Position numbers and translations under genes: made by a program
Shown here: positions 46,825 through 56,968 of the stretch, one piece after another
Position numbering within the stretch: position 1 is the stretch's first letter
Layout of the letters: every line of letters begins with the position of its first letter
The notes under the pieces: model-generated
The model's database searches: none
What the model was told of the DNA's origin: nothing
The model's input: only the letters and a program-made list of their open reading frames with translations
Source of the DNA: Candidatus Altiarchaeota archaeon
Lineage (GTDB): Archaea; Altiarchaeota; Altiarchaeia; IMC4; QMZM01
Direction: 5' to 3'
Length of the DNA: 64,000 nucleotides
Assembly: GCA_034659295.1 (NCBI GenBank)
Contig: JAYEGX010000055.1
Location: 9,726 to 73,725, forward strand

Positions 46825-49800
46825 TTATCTCTTACCTCTTAAATCCTCCAACCAGCTTTCAAGCTCCATCCTGCCCACCCCAAGGAATTTATATGAGAAC
46901 ACAGCCACAACCAGAATCGCCAACAAAACAAGAATCTCAGGGGAAAGCAGCGGCGTGTAAATCTCCACAACATTAAACCGCACAACCTTATTCAGGGAGC
47001 GTCCTGTTGGGTCAACATCACCATGGTGTTTAATCTCCAGAGAGAATGTTTTATGGGCATTTAATGTGAACTCAGCGTATCCATACTCTCCAGTAACCAC
47101 AAAATATTCACCGTCTTCCTCGCTTAAACCATTAGGGCTTAGACTGGAGAGGTCAACATCCTTGCTCCACACATCAACCCTCTTACCTGACTCACCCCGG
47201 TTTTTATCAATATTATATAGCCATAACTTAACAGTCACCTCTGAGCCAGGCGATAACACCACACCCTCCGGCTCAACCACATAAAACAAATCAACAGCAT
47301 CCCTGATTTTGAACTCATCAGCATCGCTGAGATTAAGCTCCCTGTGCTCATAGAAGGTATCTATAACTAGTTTACCGTCCTCAAACTCATCCCGGGGTAT
47401 TATGTCATAATCCTCCTCCCCTGAATAGAGGTGCCTGTAGGGCTCATAGTTTGTTCTAAAGTAGAGCGTGTAGTAATGTCCTCCAGGAAACACAGCATCT
47501 GAGACGTTGTGCTTGAAGTCGACAACAATTAATTTATTAAACCCGCCCATGGATTTAGCAGCCTCCAGACCATACCAGCTCATATCCTCAATATTCTTAT
47601 TGTCGAAGATAACAAAATCATACCCCTTGCCCACATTCACGTTGTCCACGATAGATTTGTGGTTAACAGCCTCTATCTTAATGCTTTTCATCTGGGGTCG
47701 GACATCATAGCATACCTTCTCCCAATGAACCTCACACGCCTCTTTTGAGATTGTATAGACTTCATTTCCACCGTCATAGTATTCTACTGTGAGTTCTATC
47801 TCAATGCTCTTTTTGTCGTCTATCCCAAACTCTAGACACAGCTGGTTATCTGGATCAGAGGTAGCACCCTTAGGTATATATTGTATCACACCAGAACCCT
47901 GCGGGAGTTTCAGTGCGTATCCGTTTCGTCCCATAAGCCTTTCATCAACGGTTGGCATGCCGCTAACAGCCTCCCACGGACCCAGCCCGGTATCGAATCC
48001 CATCTCGAAGTCGCCGTTGACTATAACGCTGCCCTCATCCTCATGGAATGTTCTGTTGGATGTGCACGGGTTATCATATCTCTTATCCGGGGCACAGACG
48101 CAGTCATCTTTCTCAATCAAGCGGTCACCGTAGCAGGCCATATACAATGCATCCGATCTGAATTCATCAAAACAGTAGACCCGATTGTGCTCAAACTCGC
48201 ATTCAAGGAGACCTATCTCGTTAAGGTATCTGGTGCAGAGGTTGTCTATGGCCTGCTTGTTGTCCTGGATTGAGCCATCCACACAAATCCTTTCCACGAC
48301 AGGGTCATCAGAGTAATGGGTACATAGGAGTTCCTCGATGTCATCCCTGTATTTTAGGGGGTTCGTGTTAATACACAGTGGCCGCATTATGTCCTCCGGA
48401 TCGCATTCACATACTGGGGGAGGGTCACAAAATGTCTGACACTGCTCCGGGAATTCGTATTTCTCGAACTCATAACCGTAGCGGCTGCCTAAACCATAAG
48501 AGATGCTGCCTCCAGAGCTTGATTTCTTTTTTATTGTTGAATGCGAGATGGGGCTTATAATCTCACGGTAGTCTGCATCAGAGTCTCCTACAAAAAGGGT
48601 CATCCCCCTGAACAAATCCGGCTGTATGGTGAAGTTGATGAACCCGTAGGTGGTTATGAAATCCCCCTCCTTGTATCTTGTAGCGTCCAAGACCAGATGA
48701 TGGTATATGGGCGAATCCTTCCAGCCGCTTGCGCAGCCGTTGTATATCCAGGGCACCTTCTCCCAGTTATACACATGATATTCACTCTCTATCGTGCTTG
48801 TCTCCTGCTCATGATACCAGGACAGGATTTCCTCCCTCCACTGGTGCCAGCACTGATTACAGATAGCACAGTAAGGACAGCAGCAGGTGCAGGGACATAT
48901 AAGCATAATCTTCTCGCTAACTCCGCCGCACCAATCACAACAATACCCAACATTCTTATCAGCTAGAAGGAACTGGTAGTAGGGAGTAATTGCATGACAG
49001 TCACCACAGGGGCAGTCGCATTCCGGGCAGGTTTGGCACTCGTATCTGTCGCAGGCTGTATAAAACCGGTCCTCCCTGATGCCTGTTAGATAATCCTGTT
49101 TAGCTGTGAACTTTAGCTTCATGTATGAACTATTCACTACCTCGGATCTAAAAACATCAGAGTCCATGGTAAGCCTGGACCACCTCCCCAACTTGGACTT
49201 ATAGTATCTAACCGCCGTAATGTCCGAGCAACCGTCCGGGTCTTTACACTCGTAGGGCTCTGAAGCTATCCAGTAGGCGCAAGTCAGTTGGAAGGGTATG
49301 TTGGCTGTGTCGATTATCCTAAATGTACCGCCTTTAGACATCCAGATGTTTTCGCTTATGTTATAGATCTCCATCCGCTGCGGTTCCCCAAAAGGCAGCA
49401 TGCTACCAGAAGATAACCCAACCTTGAATTTTGTGCTGGCTTTAGCCCCACCCTCCAGTATATACTTGGTGAGACATAACGGCCCAGGAGCCTCCTGCTT
49501 CTGCTCTATGATGGTGTAGGGGTGGGCTTCATATTGCTGCGAACCCCCAATACAACTTGAACAATCCGTGCAAACAGACAACAGCTTCCACTTACAGTAT
49601 ATGTTATCCGAGCCCCAGATGCGCTCGTACCATGGAACCTCAAACTTCTCGAAGCCTGCCTGCCCATAGCCCACATCATTGCACTCCTCCGGGGGGCAGT
49701 CCCTCATAAGCTGGTATTGTGTGATAACCTCACATGGTATAGGATTCATCTGGTCAGGACCACCCCAGCAGTCGCCGTGTGGAGGTACTAACTGATTAGG

Positions 49801-51474
49801 CAGGCATTCAGGCGCCTCTTCTTCATCAGACTTGCATTCATCGTCCACGCCACGATAAAGCTTGCAGGGGCCTGTCTGCAGGGTACCGGGAGGATCATCC
49901 TCTGAATCGAAACCAGAGCATAAATCAAAGGGTGGAGCCTCACCATCACAATGCTCGTATTGTGTGGCATCATCGTCCATGGGATCAAAGGGATCGCATT
50001 CCTCTAACAGCTCACATGGGGTCCCATGCCGGCAGCTCCAGTCACATGCATCCGTCCTGTCCTGCCCGGAACCCACATACCTATCTGTATCAACCCCCTC
50101 CGCATAACCCCACGCGCCGCATTTAACTGGACCAGTCACCGCTATCAGGGGAGAGAGCATGAAAAACCTGACCCAGAGACCATGCCACGCCTTCGTTATA
50201 TCCTCCAGAGGAGGTCCCATAATGGTTCCAAGTATCACCTCCCCATCAGGCCCCTTAAACGTAACAGCGCTCTTGTTCGGCATCTCGTTGATGTACACAA
50301 AGACATCATTCCAGTTTTTCTGGTCCCGGATGTATAACTCATCGACTGAAAGCAGGTTAGCATTCTCTGTGAAAGAATACATCATATACGGCAGCTCATA
50401 GCAGTAGCTGTCATCCCTTAAGCCTGTTTTATAGCAGTAGAGTCTCTCGGACTCATCCATACCCCCAAGAGACCGGATGTAGTGCTTAGCCCAGGCCTCA
50501 AAAAATGTGACATAAACCTCATCCGCCCCAAGGAAGGTGTGTATGTTGTAGAAGGTTGCTGGTTCATCAGGCAGAGAATCATCACCTGATAAATCCGCTA
50601 AAGAAGCCGCTCCATCCATACTATGGTAGTGCTCGACAAGCGCCTTATACAATAAATCATTAACCAAAGTCCACGTATGGTTTGAGGCACCCCCATACGC
50701 CTCCAATATAAAACAACGTTTTTCAGCGTCCATAATCCAGTACTTCACCTGGTTCTCTCCGGTGAAATCCTCATAAGGCTGGAATTCACAGACCAGGGAT
50801 TCCTCATTCCACACGCATTTCTTGGTTTTAGAGCAAGCGTATTCTGTAGCGTATTCACTGCACCTGTAGGATGGCTTAGAGGCTGCGACCAAAAACCGGG
50901 AGGGGTTTATCACAAGCTCCATCTCCTGATCTTCACTTTCACCCCGCCCCAGATCACCTGTCCTGGTGCATCTGGCGATGGGGGTGGAGGAGTAGCCGAA
51001 TGCGTAGGAATCCTCCCGCTCGTATTGTCTCAGAATCCTGTCCTGGCTGGAAATGAAGGCATAGTCTTTTTCATCAACACTGCTGCCTTCATCCAACACC
51101 TCACATTCATCTAAATCCAACAACAGGGTCTTAAAGCAGTAATATCTGTTTCCGCCTTCTGTTTTCACATACACTTCAGGTTTTATGGTAATATTCGCCT
51201 CAGGGGTTCCATCGTTTGTTACATTAATGCTTCCGTTGTGATACAGGTATGCGTCCGCTATACCAGCGAATCCCAGGTTCTCATAATCCGGTGGTTCACC
51301 ATCTGATAGAGGCAGGTAGGGCACCTGATGACAGTTTGTATCCCCCCAATCACAGTCCTCAGCCTCGCTATAGGGCCCATAGCTTATGCCGCAGAGATCC
51401 TCCTCCTGGGCGGTTACAACGCTGAAAGAAAACAGGAACAATAAAGCTGCAGCATACAGGGGGAAGGATTTCAT
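46825..51474 (-). CDS. Giant (1549 aa) Cys-rich secreted protein with a C-terminal TM anchor. Adhesin or structural surface protein; first gene of the minus-strand cluster.
   Basis: Signal peptide MKSFPLYAAALLFLFSFSVVTAQ. Cys-rich throughout (e.g. CPCTCCCPYCAICNQCW, CDWCGG), with many N-x-S/T sites. C-terminal LLSPEILVLLAILVVAVFSYKF plus a charged tail. Its stop abuts the start of the next gene (46824/46825). Confidence 0.6.
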   Translation of the reverse strand: MKSFPLYAAALLFLFSFSVVTAQEEDLCGISYGPYSEAEDCDWGDTNCHQVPYLPLSDGEPPDYENLGFAGIADAYLYHNGSINVTNDGTPEANITIKPEVYVKTEGGNRYYCFKTLLLDLDECEVLDEGSSVDEKDYAFISSQDRILRQYEREDSYAFGYSSTPIARCTRTGDLGRGESEDQEMELVINPSRFLVAASKPSYRCSEYATEYACSKTKKCVWNEESLVCEFQPYEDFTGENQVKYWIMDAEKRCFILEAYGGASNHTWTLVNDLLYKALVEHYHSMDGAASLADLSGDDSLPDEPATFYNIHTFLGADEVYVTFFEAWAKHYIRSLGGMDESERLYCYKTGLRDDSYCYELPYMMYSFTENANLLSVDELYIRDQKNWNDVFVYINEMPNKSAVTFKGPDGEVILGTIMGPPLEDITKAWHGLWVRFFMLSPLIAVTGPVKCGAWGYAEGVDTDRYVGSGQDRTDACDWSCRHGTPCELLEECDPFDPMDDDATQYEHCDGEAPPFDLCSGFDSEDDPPGTLQTGPCKLYRGVDDECKSDEEEAPECLPNQLVPPHGDCWGGPDQMNPIPCEVITQYQLMRDCPPEECNDVGYGQAGFEKFEVPWYERIWGSDNIYCKWKLLSVCTDCSSCIGGSQQYEAHPYTIIEQKQEAPGPLCLTKYILEGGAKASTKFKVGLSSGSMLPFGEPQRMEIYNISENIWMSKGGTFRIIDTANIPFQLTCAYWIASEPYECKDPDGCSDITAVRYYKSKLGRWSRLTMDSDVFRSEVVNSSYMKLKFTAKQDYLTGIREDRFYTACDRYECQTCPECDCPCGDCHAITPYYQFLLADKNVGYCCDWCGGVSEKIMLICPCTCCCPYCAICNQCWHQWREEILSWYHEQETSTIESEYHVYNWEKVPWIYNGCASGWKDSPIYHHLVLDATRYKEGDFITTYGFINFTIQPDLFRGMTLFVGDSDADYREIISPISHSTIKKKSSSGGSISYGLGSRYGYEFEKYEFPEQCQTFCDPPPVCECDPEDIMRPLCINTNPLKYRDDIEELLCTHYSDDPVVERICVDGSIQDNKQAIDNLCTRYLNEIGLLECEFEHNRVYCFDEFRSDALYMACYGDRLIEKDDCVCAPDKRYDNPCTSNRTFHEDEGSVIVNGDFEMGFDTGLGPWEAVSGMPTVDERLMGRNGYALKLPQGSGVIQYIPKGATSDPDNQLCLEFGIDDKKSIEIELTVEYYDGGNEVYTISKEACEVHWEKVCYDVRPQMKSIKIEAVNHKSIVDNVNVGKGYDFVIFDNKNIEDMSWYGLEAAKSMGGFNKLIVVDFKHNVSDAVFPGGHYYTLYFRTNYEPYRHLYSGEEDYDIIPRDEFEDGKLVIDTFYEHRELNLSDADEFKIRDAVDLFYVVEPEGVVLSPGSEVTVKLWLYNIDKNRGESGKRVDVWSKDVDLSSLSPNGLSEEDGEYFVVTGEYGYAEFTLNAHKTFSLEIKHHGDVDPTGRSLNKVVRFNVVEIYTPLLSPEILVLLAILVVAVFSYKFLGVGRMELESWLEDLRGKR

Positions 51475-52140
51475 TTTCGTTTGTTATATTATTACCCAAA
51501 CAGTAATATATCCCATAGTCTGGTTAATTGATGGTTTTGAATAACCCCTTGTTTTTATGGTTAAGTATTTGCTTTATCAAATATTTAAGCGATAGGTGGG
51601 TGATTGATTCTGTCTTTTTAGGATCATGTTTTTACGGGAGACTGTAGGAGCGTGTTCAAGGGCTTAGGTGATCATAAGATAGGGGAACACAGGAAAACTG
51701 GTGGAATACACCCGGAAGAAACAAAAAAAAAGGGGGAGTTAAGCAAACCACTCTATTCTCTTTCTCAAGTTGTTGGATACGAACTTCAAATTGCTTAATA
51801 CGCTTTTCCAGTTGTTCGACGTATGCGTCTTTGTCGAGCATAAAGGCATATAATGCAAGCTCCTATTTCTGTTTATTGGTTTTAGCCTCCCAAAACAGAT
51901 AACTACATGAAGCTAAACACGTGCGATTTAACCTTTTATGAGCAGACTAGCATTTCACGTGAGTGGCTGTAAGGGCAACATCAGTTGAGGGTATGATCCT
52001 GGAGGTGAGAAGGAAGTTTATGTTCTACAGCATGTTCTTGGGCTTGTGAATGGAGCTAAGAGGGACGTAAAGATATTAAGCTGGAGAACTTAATAGTTAT
52101 TGTTGAACTGGATTATTCAACACAGCATAGCGTGTAGAGA

Positions 52141-55100
52141 ATGAGAAGGATTGCCTTACTGTCTATGATGGGAGTGATAGGGATTCTGCTGATGTTATTG
52201 GTTGCGGCAGCATCAGCAACAGTAGTTGTCTTAGATCCAGGTCACGGAGGCAAAGACCCTGGTGCTGTAGGTCCAACAGGATTACAAGAGAAAGATGTTG
52301 CTCTCCAAGTTGCGTTAAAGACTAAATCACTACTAGAAGCATCTGGGATAACTGTTATTTTGACCCGATCTACGGATACATATGTTAGTTTAAGTGAGAG
52401 GGTGAATATAGCTAATAATGCCAATGCGGATTTATTTGTATCTATTCATTGCAATGCTTTTACGGATCCATCAGCACATGGGACCGAGACATGGTATAGC
52501 TCAAGTGCTCCAGACCCGGATAAAGCAAAAAAACTTGCAGAATTCGTGCAATCTGAACTCTTATCTCAGCTAGGATTACGTGATCGAGGAGTCAAAAAGA
52601 ATGGATTTTATGTTATAAAGTATACAGATATGCCCTCTTGCCTAGCAGAATTGGCATTCATTTCGAATCCCAACGAAGAGGTACTTTTAGCAGATCCAAG
52701 CTTCCAGCAGAAAGCAGCACGAGGGATATATGAGGGAATTATGGATTATTTAGGGATATTTCCGCCTTGTTCTCTAGACTCCGTCTCAATACAACCAGAT
52801 TGCTCTGGAGGCTCCTCCCCCAAATGTGAAAAGGGTGAGCGAATCAAGATAGATGTAACATATAGCGGAGATTGCCCATCCACCGCGTATATACAGATTG
52901 GCGCCAAAAGCGGAGACGGTAAATGCGTCATAGAGCATACTGGCGGAAACATGGTGGGAATGGATATATCCTGCACTTCTTCTCCATGTACAGGCTACTG
53001 GACGATTCCAGAGATACCACCAAACTGCCTATGCAAGAATATGAATGCAGCAGGAGCTGGGATATATAAAGACAGCATCTCTCCAGAAAATTATCTCGAC
53101 GGCATAACAGCCACAGGGTCGTTTGAATTCTGGTGCCCTAAAGCCCCCGTCGCAGACGCAAGAGTCGGTAGAACAGCAGACGAAAAACTAAAAGAAATCA
53201 CTGTCAAAGTCGGCGACACTGTCTACTTCGACGGAGAAACATATTCCGTTGGGAAAATAACGGAATACAGCTGGGACTTTACCGGGGATGGAATATACGA
53301 CTGGAGCTCAACAACAACCGGAAAAACCACCCACCAATACAATGAAAAGGGGTCCTACATCGCCGAACTAAAAATCACCAACGACAAAGGCGAAACAGAC
53401 ACAGACATTGTTATCATCCACGTAGTAGAAGAAGAGGAAGAACCTACCTTCCTCTCAGATATCTGCCCCGCTCCGCCGAACGATTACTTGATGAGGATGA
53501 TATGTCTGGTTGTGCCCATCCTTTGTGTGATAATGAACATCCTGGTGCCAGTAATGTTTGTCCTAGTTGCCTTAGGGGGTTTGATGCAGCTGAGCACCGA
53601 CGGGGGGATAAAAAACAAGGGTAAACAGGTGATATTCAACACCATCCTTGGGGTGGTTATTATCTCAGCATTCATAGGTTTATCGGATTTATTGATAGAG
53701 GAAGTCAACATCATGGAGGTGTGTTTACTCGGGGAGATTCCGCCGCCTGCTTTAAGAGCGTATATTGATGCTGACCCGACCTCCGGACCCCCACCACTTG
53801 AGGTTTCCTTAACCGGGAGCGCATCCGGGGGAACCGCACCCTACACCTACAGCTGGGACTGTGGTGGAGGAACCCCAGAGGTGACAGGCTCAAACACCGC
53901 AACATGCACATACACAAGCGAAGGAACATACACTGTAACATTAACCGTAACAGACGCGGAAGATGGAACAGCCACAGCCACCCAGACAATAACCGTTAAA
54001 GTAGCTGAGTTAAAAGCGTATATTGATGCTGAACCGACCTCCGGACCCCCACCACTTGAGGTTTCCTTAACCGGGAGCGCATCCGGGGGAACCGCACCCT
54101 ACACCTACAGCTGGGACTGTGGAGGAGGAACCCTAGCAGTCACAGGCTCAAACACCGCAACATGCACATACACAAGCGAAGGAACATACACTGTAACATT
54201 AACCGTAACAGACGCGGAAGATGGAACAGCAACAGCCACCCAGACAATAACCGTTGGAGTAGTAGTTGAGTGCGAGGATCCGTCATGTGATGAGATCTAC
54301 GGTTACATAGACGGCGCCATCGCAGGCTTAGGGGTGGACGACAGTTTGGTGAGGGCTGTGATAAAAAAAGAAAGTGATTATCACCAGTGTTGCTTTGGCC
54401 CCTACATTGGGGTTACATGTGAGGAAGGTGAGGTCCTTAAATCACATGCTGGGGCTTTGGGTTTGATGCAGCTGATGCCGGGGACAGCCAGCGAGTTAGG
54501 CGTTGATCCTGAGGACCCGCAGCAGAATGTTGAGGGAGGCGTTAGGTACCTGAACACGCAGCTAAATGAATTTGGCAGTGTGGAGCTGGCTCTCGCCGCC
54601 TATAACATGGGGCCCGGGTATGTGGCGTGTTCGCTGGGTTATGATTGGCCTGTCTGTGCACAATATCCAGGATATGATCTATGTGGTGCCGGAGTATGTA
54701 AGGCTCCAGCTGAACGGAATTGGGCTTGTCTTAGTACATGCTCTATCCCTGCTGAAACATTAGGATACGTTAATGGCATAATGGGGATTATAGGAACATC
54801 TGCAGCGGATTGCAGTGATCTGCCTACGCCTACAGCATCCTTCACCGCAAACCCTCTAACAGGACCTGCACCCCTCACAGTCGACGTGGATGCTTCCGCT
54901 TCAACAGGAGCAACAACCTACACTTGGGGCTGGGAGGACGGAACCCCGGGTGGTTCAGGAGTAACTGCATCACACGAATACACAACCGACGGAACCTACA
55001 CCATAACCCTGACCGTATCAGACGGCACATACACAGACACAGACACTGAAACAATAATTGTCGGTTCGTTATCAGTGTCCATTGAATCACCACCTGATGG

Positions 55101-56031
55101 AGCATCATTTGCTGAAGGCGATACAATTGAGTTTCGTGGTACGGTAGGGGGCGGAACTCCTCCCTATACCCTCGAATGGGGTTCCAGTATAGATGGAGTC
55201 ATAGGTACTGAATCTGGTTTCTACTATGATGAATTATCTCAGGGAACGCATACCATTACTTTAACTGTAACAGACAGTAGCAGTCCTCAGAAAACAGGAG
55301 GTGCTACAGTGGATATAACAATAACTGAGCCGGAGTGTAGAGCAGTAATAGAAAATGGAGACCATGATGCTAAAATCGATGTCGTCTTCATTAGAGCATT
55401 TGACGCACAACCGGATGCGTTACCGCCTAATTTCGAAAATATGATAGACTCGGCAAAAATTGATTTTATTCACACAGTCCCTATCAGAGATAATACAGAT
55501 AAATTCAACTACTATTACTACACAAAAAAGGGCAGCGTGTATGCGGGTTCTAATGGTCTTTGCGCTGGGAGTTCTCCTCCCGGCTATATTACATACTGCA
55601 GTTTCGCAGACACAACCGCATACCTGCACAAAGAAACATGTAGGGACTGTTCGCATACGTCTGCAACTCTTGATCCCCCCATGCCGGGAAGCAGCTTCAC
55701 TGTCACAGATAATTTTCATAAGCATAAAACCTTCACTCATGAGGCGGGACATGCAATATTCAATTTAAGAGATGAATACTATGACCTGCTTCCAATCCAC
55801 CGGGAGCTTTCTTCAAACCCTAATATATGGTCAAGCCAGGCCAACTGTGAGGCAGATAGAACCTCTGAAGGCTGGACGGAAGCATGTGAGCAGATATGCG
55901 ATGCTAGTGGAACAAATTGTGTGGATTATTGGAGGCTGGATTATGATTGCATTATGAGAGTGCATATGAACGTGAATTTCTGTCCGGCATGCAGTAGGAG
56001 GATTAGTTGGGTATTTACTCTCTTTAATTAG
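52141..56031 (+). CDS. Giant (1296 aa) multidomain cell-wall-hydrolase-like surface protein: Amidase_3 (N-acetylmuramoyl-L-alanine amidase), PKD, a mid-protein TM hairpin, 2x PKD, SLT lytic-transglycosylase domain, PKD/Ig-like, and a peptidase M64-like HExxH metalloprotease domain
   Basis: Amidase_3 region [18 protein letters not shown]...[10 protein letters not shown]...TETWY...[12 protein letters not shown] region [11 protein letters not shown]...[17 protein letters not shown]...[12 protein letters not shown]64-like region [10 protein letters not shown]...[17 protein letters not shown] hairpin [28 protein letters not shown] / [18 protein letters not shown]. Confidence 0.7.
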   Translation: MRRIALLSMMGVIGILLMLLVAAASATVVVLDPGHGGKDPGAVGPTGLQEKDVALQVALKTKSLLEASGITVILTRSTDTYVSLSERVNIANNANADLFVSIHCNAFTDPSAHGTETWYSSSAPDPDKAKKLAEFVQSELLSQLGLRDRGVKKNGFYVIKYTDMPSCLAELAFISNPNEEVLLADPSFQQKAARGIYEGIMDYLGIFPPCSLDSVSIQPDCSGGSSPKCEKGERIKIDVTYSGDCPSTAYIQIGAKSGDGKCVIEHTGGNMVGMDISCTSSPCTGYWTIPEIPPNCLCKNMNAAGAGIYKDSISPENYLDGITATGSFEFWCPKAPVADARVGRTADEKLKEITVKVGDTVYFDGETYSVGKITEYSWDFTGDGIYDWSSTTTGKTTHQYNEKGSYIAELKITNDKGETDTDIVIIHVVEEEEEPTFLSDICPAPPNDYLMRMICLVVPILCVIMNILVPVMFVLVALGGLMQLSTDGGIKNKGKQVIFNTILGVVIISAFIGLSDLLIEEVNIMEVCLLGEIPPPALRAYIDADPTSGPPPLEVSLTGSASGGTAPYTYSWDCGGGTPEVTGSNTATCTYTSEGTYTVTLTVTDAEDGTATATQTITVKVAELKAYIDAEPTSGPPPLEVSLTGSASGGTAPYTYSWDCGGGTLAVTGSNTATCTYTSEGTYTVTLTVTDAEDGTATATQTITVGVVVECEDPSCDEIYGYIDGAIAGLGVDDSLVRAVIKKESDYHQCCFGPYIGVTCEEGEVLKSHAGALGLMQLMPGTASELGVDPEDPQQNVEGGVRYLNTQLNEFGSVELALAAYNMGPGYVACSLGYDWPVCAQYPGYDLCGAGVCKAPAERNWACLSTCSIPAETLGYVNGIMGIIGTSAADCSDLPTPTASFTANPLTGPAPLTVDVDASASTGATTYTWGWEDGTPGGSGVTASHEYTTDGTYTITLTVSDGTYTDTDTETIIVGSLSVSIESPPDGASFAEGDTIEFRGTVGGGTPPYTLEWGSSIDGVIGTESGFYYDELSQGTHTITLTVTDSSSPQKTGGATVDITITEPECRAVIENGDHDAKIDVVFIRAFDAQPDALPPNFENMIDSAKIDFIHTVPIRDNTDKFNYYYYTKKGSVYAGSNGLCAGSSPPGYITYCSFADTTAYLHKETCRDCSHTSATLDPPMPGSSFTVTDNFHKHKTFTHEAGHAIFNLRDEYYDLLPIHRELSSNPNIWSSQANCEADRTSEGWTEACEQICDASGTNCVDYWRLDYDCIMRVHMNVNFCPACSRRISWVFTLFN
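53750..54265 (+). repeat. Near-identical (~97%) tandem duplication (2 x 258 bp), each unit encoding one PKD domain
   Basis: ttaa(g/a)agcgtatattgatgctga(c/a)ccgacctccggacccccaccacttgaggtttcc... occurs twice (53750 and 54008) with only a handful of substitutions. Confidence 0.8.
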
Positions 56032-56039
56032 GGGTGTGT

Positions 56040-56810
56040 ATGATGGGAAAAAAAGAGGTGACATTGGCGGGGTTGATGATTCTATTTATTCTCAGTTCAA
56101 CCCCTGCAGTAGAGGAAGAAATGGATTTAACCAAGATTGTGGTGATAGGGCTTGAATTCAGAGGAGGCAGCCTCCATCAGAGGTCTGTGGATATAGCATA
56201 CAATTATCCGCCAGACTATAAGATTCCGCCGACAGAGGGGTTAACTGTTGAAATCCGCTCAAGAGACAACAGATTATTGAAGAATTTCATCCGCCCAGAC
56301 CCCAGGTGGGTTATTATATCACATGCAGGTCTCAGGTACCGGGAAAACGCTAGCTTTGACCTGATCCTGCCCTTCGTTAAGGGAATGGATTTAATCGAAA
56401 TATTTGATCGAAACAAAAGCAGATTAATCTCGGTAAATCTGGCTGAAGAGGTAAGGTCATTCTGTGCTGAGAGAAACGGCGTCTGCGACCCAGACTGTCC
56501 TAAAGGGGTTGACCCAGACTGTCCGACAATAGCATCCTCGACCTCAACAACAGAATCCATGGGGGGAGGGGATGATAGCCTGGCATATATTTTTGGGTTT
56601 GTGGTTGTTTTCGTCGCCGGATTCCTCATCTACAGGCGATACAGTGGAATAAGAAAGATGGAGGATACCCGGGAGAAAAGAGAGGAGATGATTGAGTGGA
56701 TAGAGAAACAGTTGAGGGAGGGTGAAGACCCTGAGAAACTCAAGACCATCGTCAGGTCACAGGGATTCGAGGAGGAACTGATTGACTACGTCGAGAAGAA
56801 GCTGATGTAG
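56040..56810 (+). CDS. Single-pass membrane protein: signal peptide, extracellular domain with a CDPDCPKGVDPDCP module, TM helix, acidic cytoplasmic tail
   Basis: Start MMGKKEVTLAGLMILFILSSTPA. TM LAYIFGFVVVFVAGFLIY. It lies immediately downstream of the giant hydrolase gene. Confidence 0.5.
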   Translation: MMGKKEVTLAGLMILFILSSTPAVEEEMDLTKIVVIGLEFRGGSLHQRSVDIAYNYPPDYKIPPTEGLTVEIRSRDNRLLKNFIRPDPRWVIISHAGLRYRENASFDLILPFVKGMDLIEIFDRNKSRLISVNLAEEVRSFCAERNGVCDPDCPKGVDPDCPTIASSTSTTESMGGGDDSLAYIFGFVVVFVAGFLIYRRYSGIRKMEDTREKREEMIEWIEKQLREGEDPEKLKTIVRSQGFEEELIDYVEKKLM

Positions 56811-56968
56811 CTGCAGAAGGTAACAGTTAAACGCAATCAATCATACATTAGTTTCCAAACGGAAACGAAAACTTTAGATATTAGTTTCCAATAAGATTCC
56901 AGCCCCTGTGGAAGTGGCTGCTGGAATAGCCAGGTCACAGAGATTCGAGGAGGAGCTGGTGATGATAA

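Noticed and set aside
47066-50401. Many 60-140-aa plus-strand ORFs, some overlapping 59363..59903
   Set aside because: All lie antisense within the 1549-aa Cys-rich gene (or ileS). Their Pro/Ser/His-rich translations are reverse-frame artefacts.
51656-51841. 61-aa minus-strand ORF starting with a leucine-zipper-like heptad
   Set aside because: Only the first about 32 residues look protein-like; the remainder is low-complexity. Likely a gene fragment or chance ORF in a regulatory region. Mentioned in a finding but not called as a gene.
51475-52140. Possible tRNA or ncRNA in the long intergenic gap (GTTCAAGGG T-loop-like string near 51640)
   Set aside because: Flanking sequence could not be folded into a cloverleaf (no complementary T-stem or acceptor stem) by eye. 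Needs tRNAscan/Infernal.
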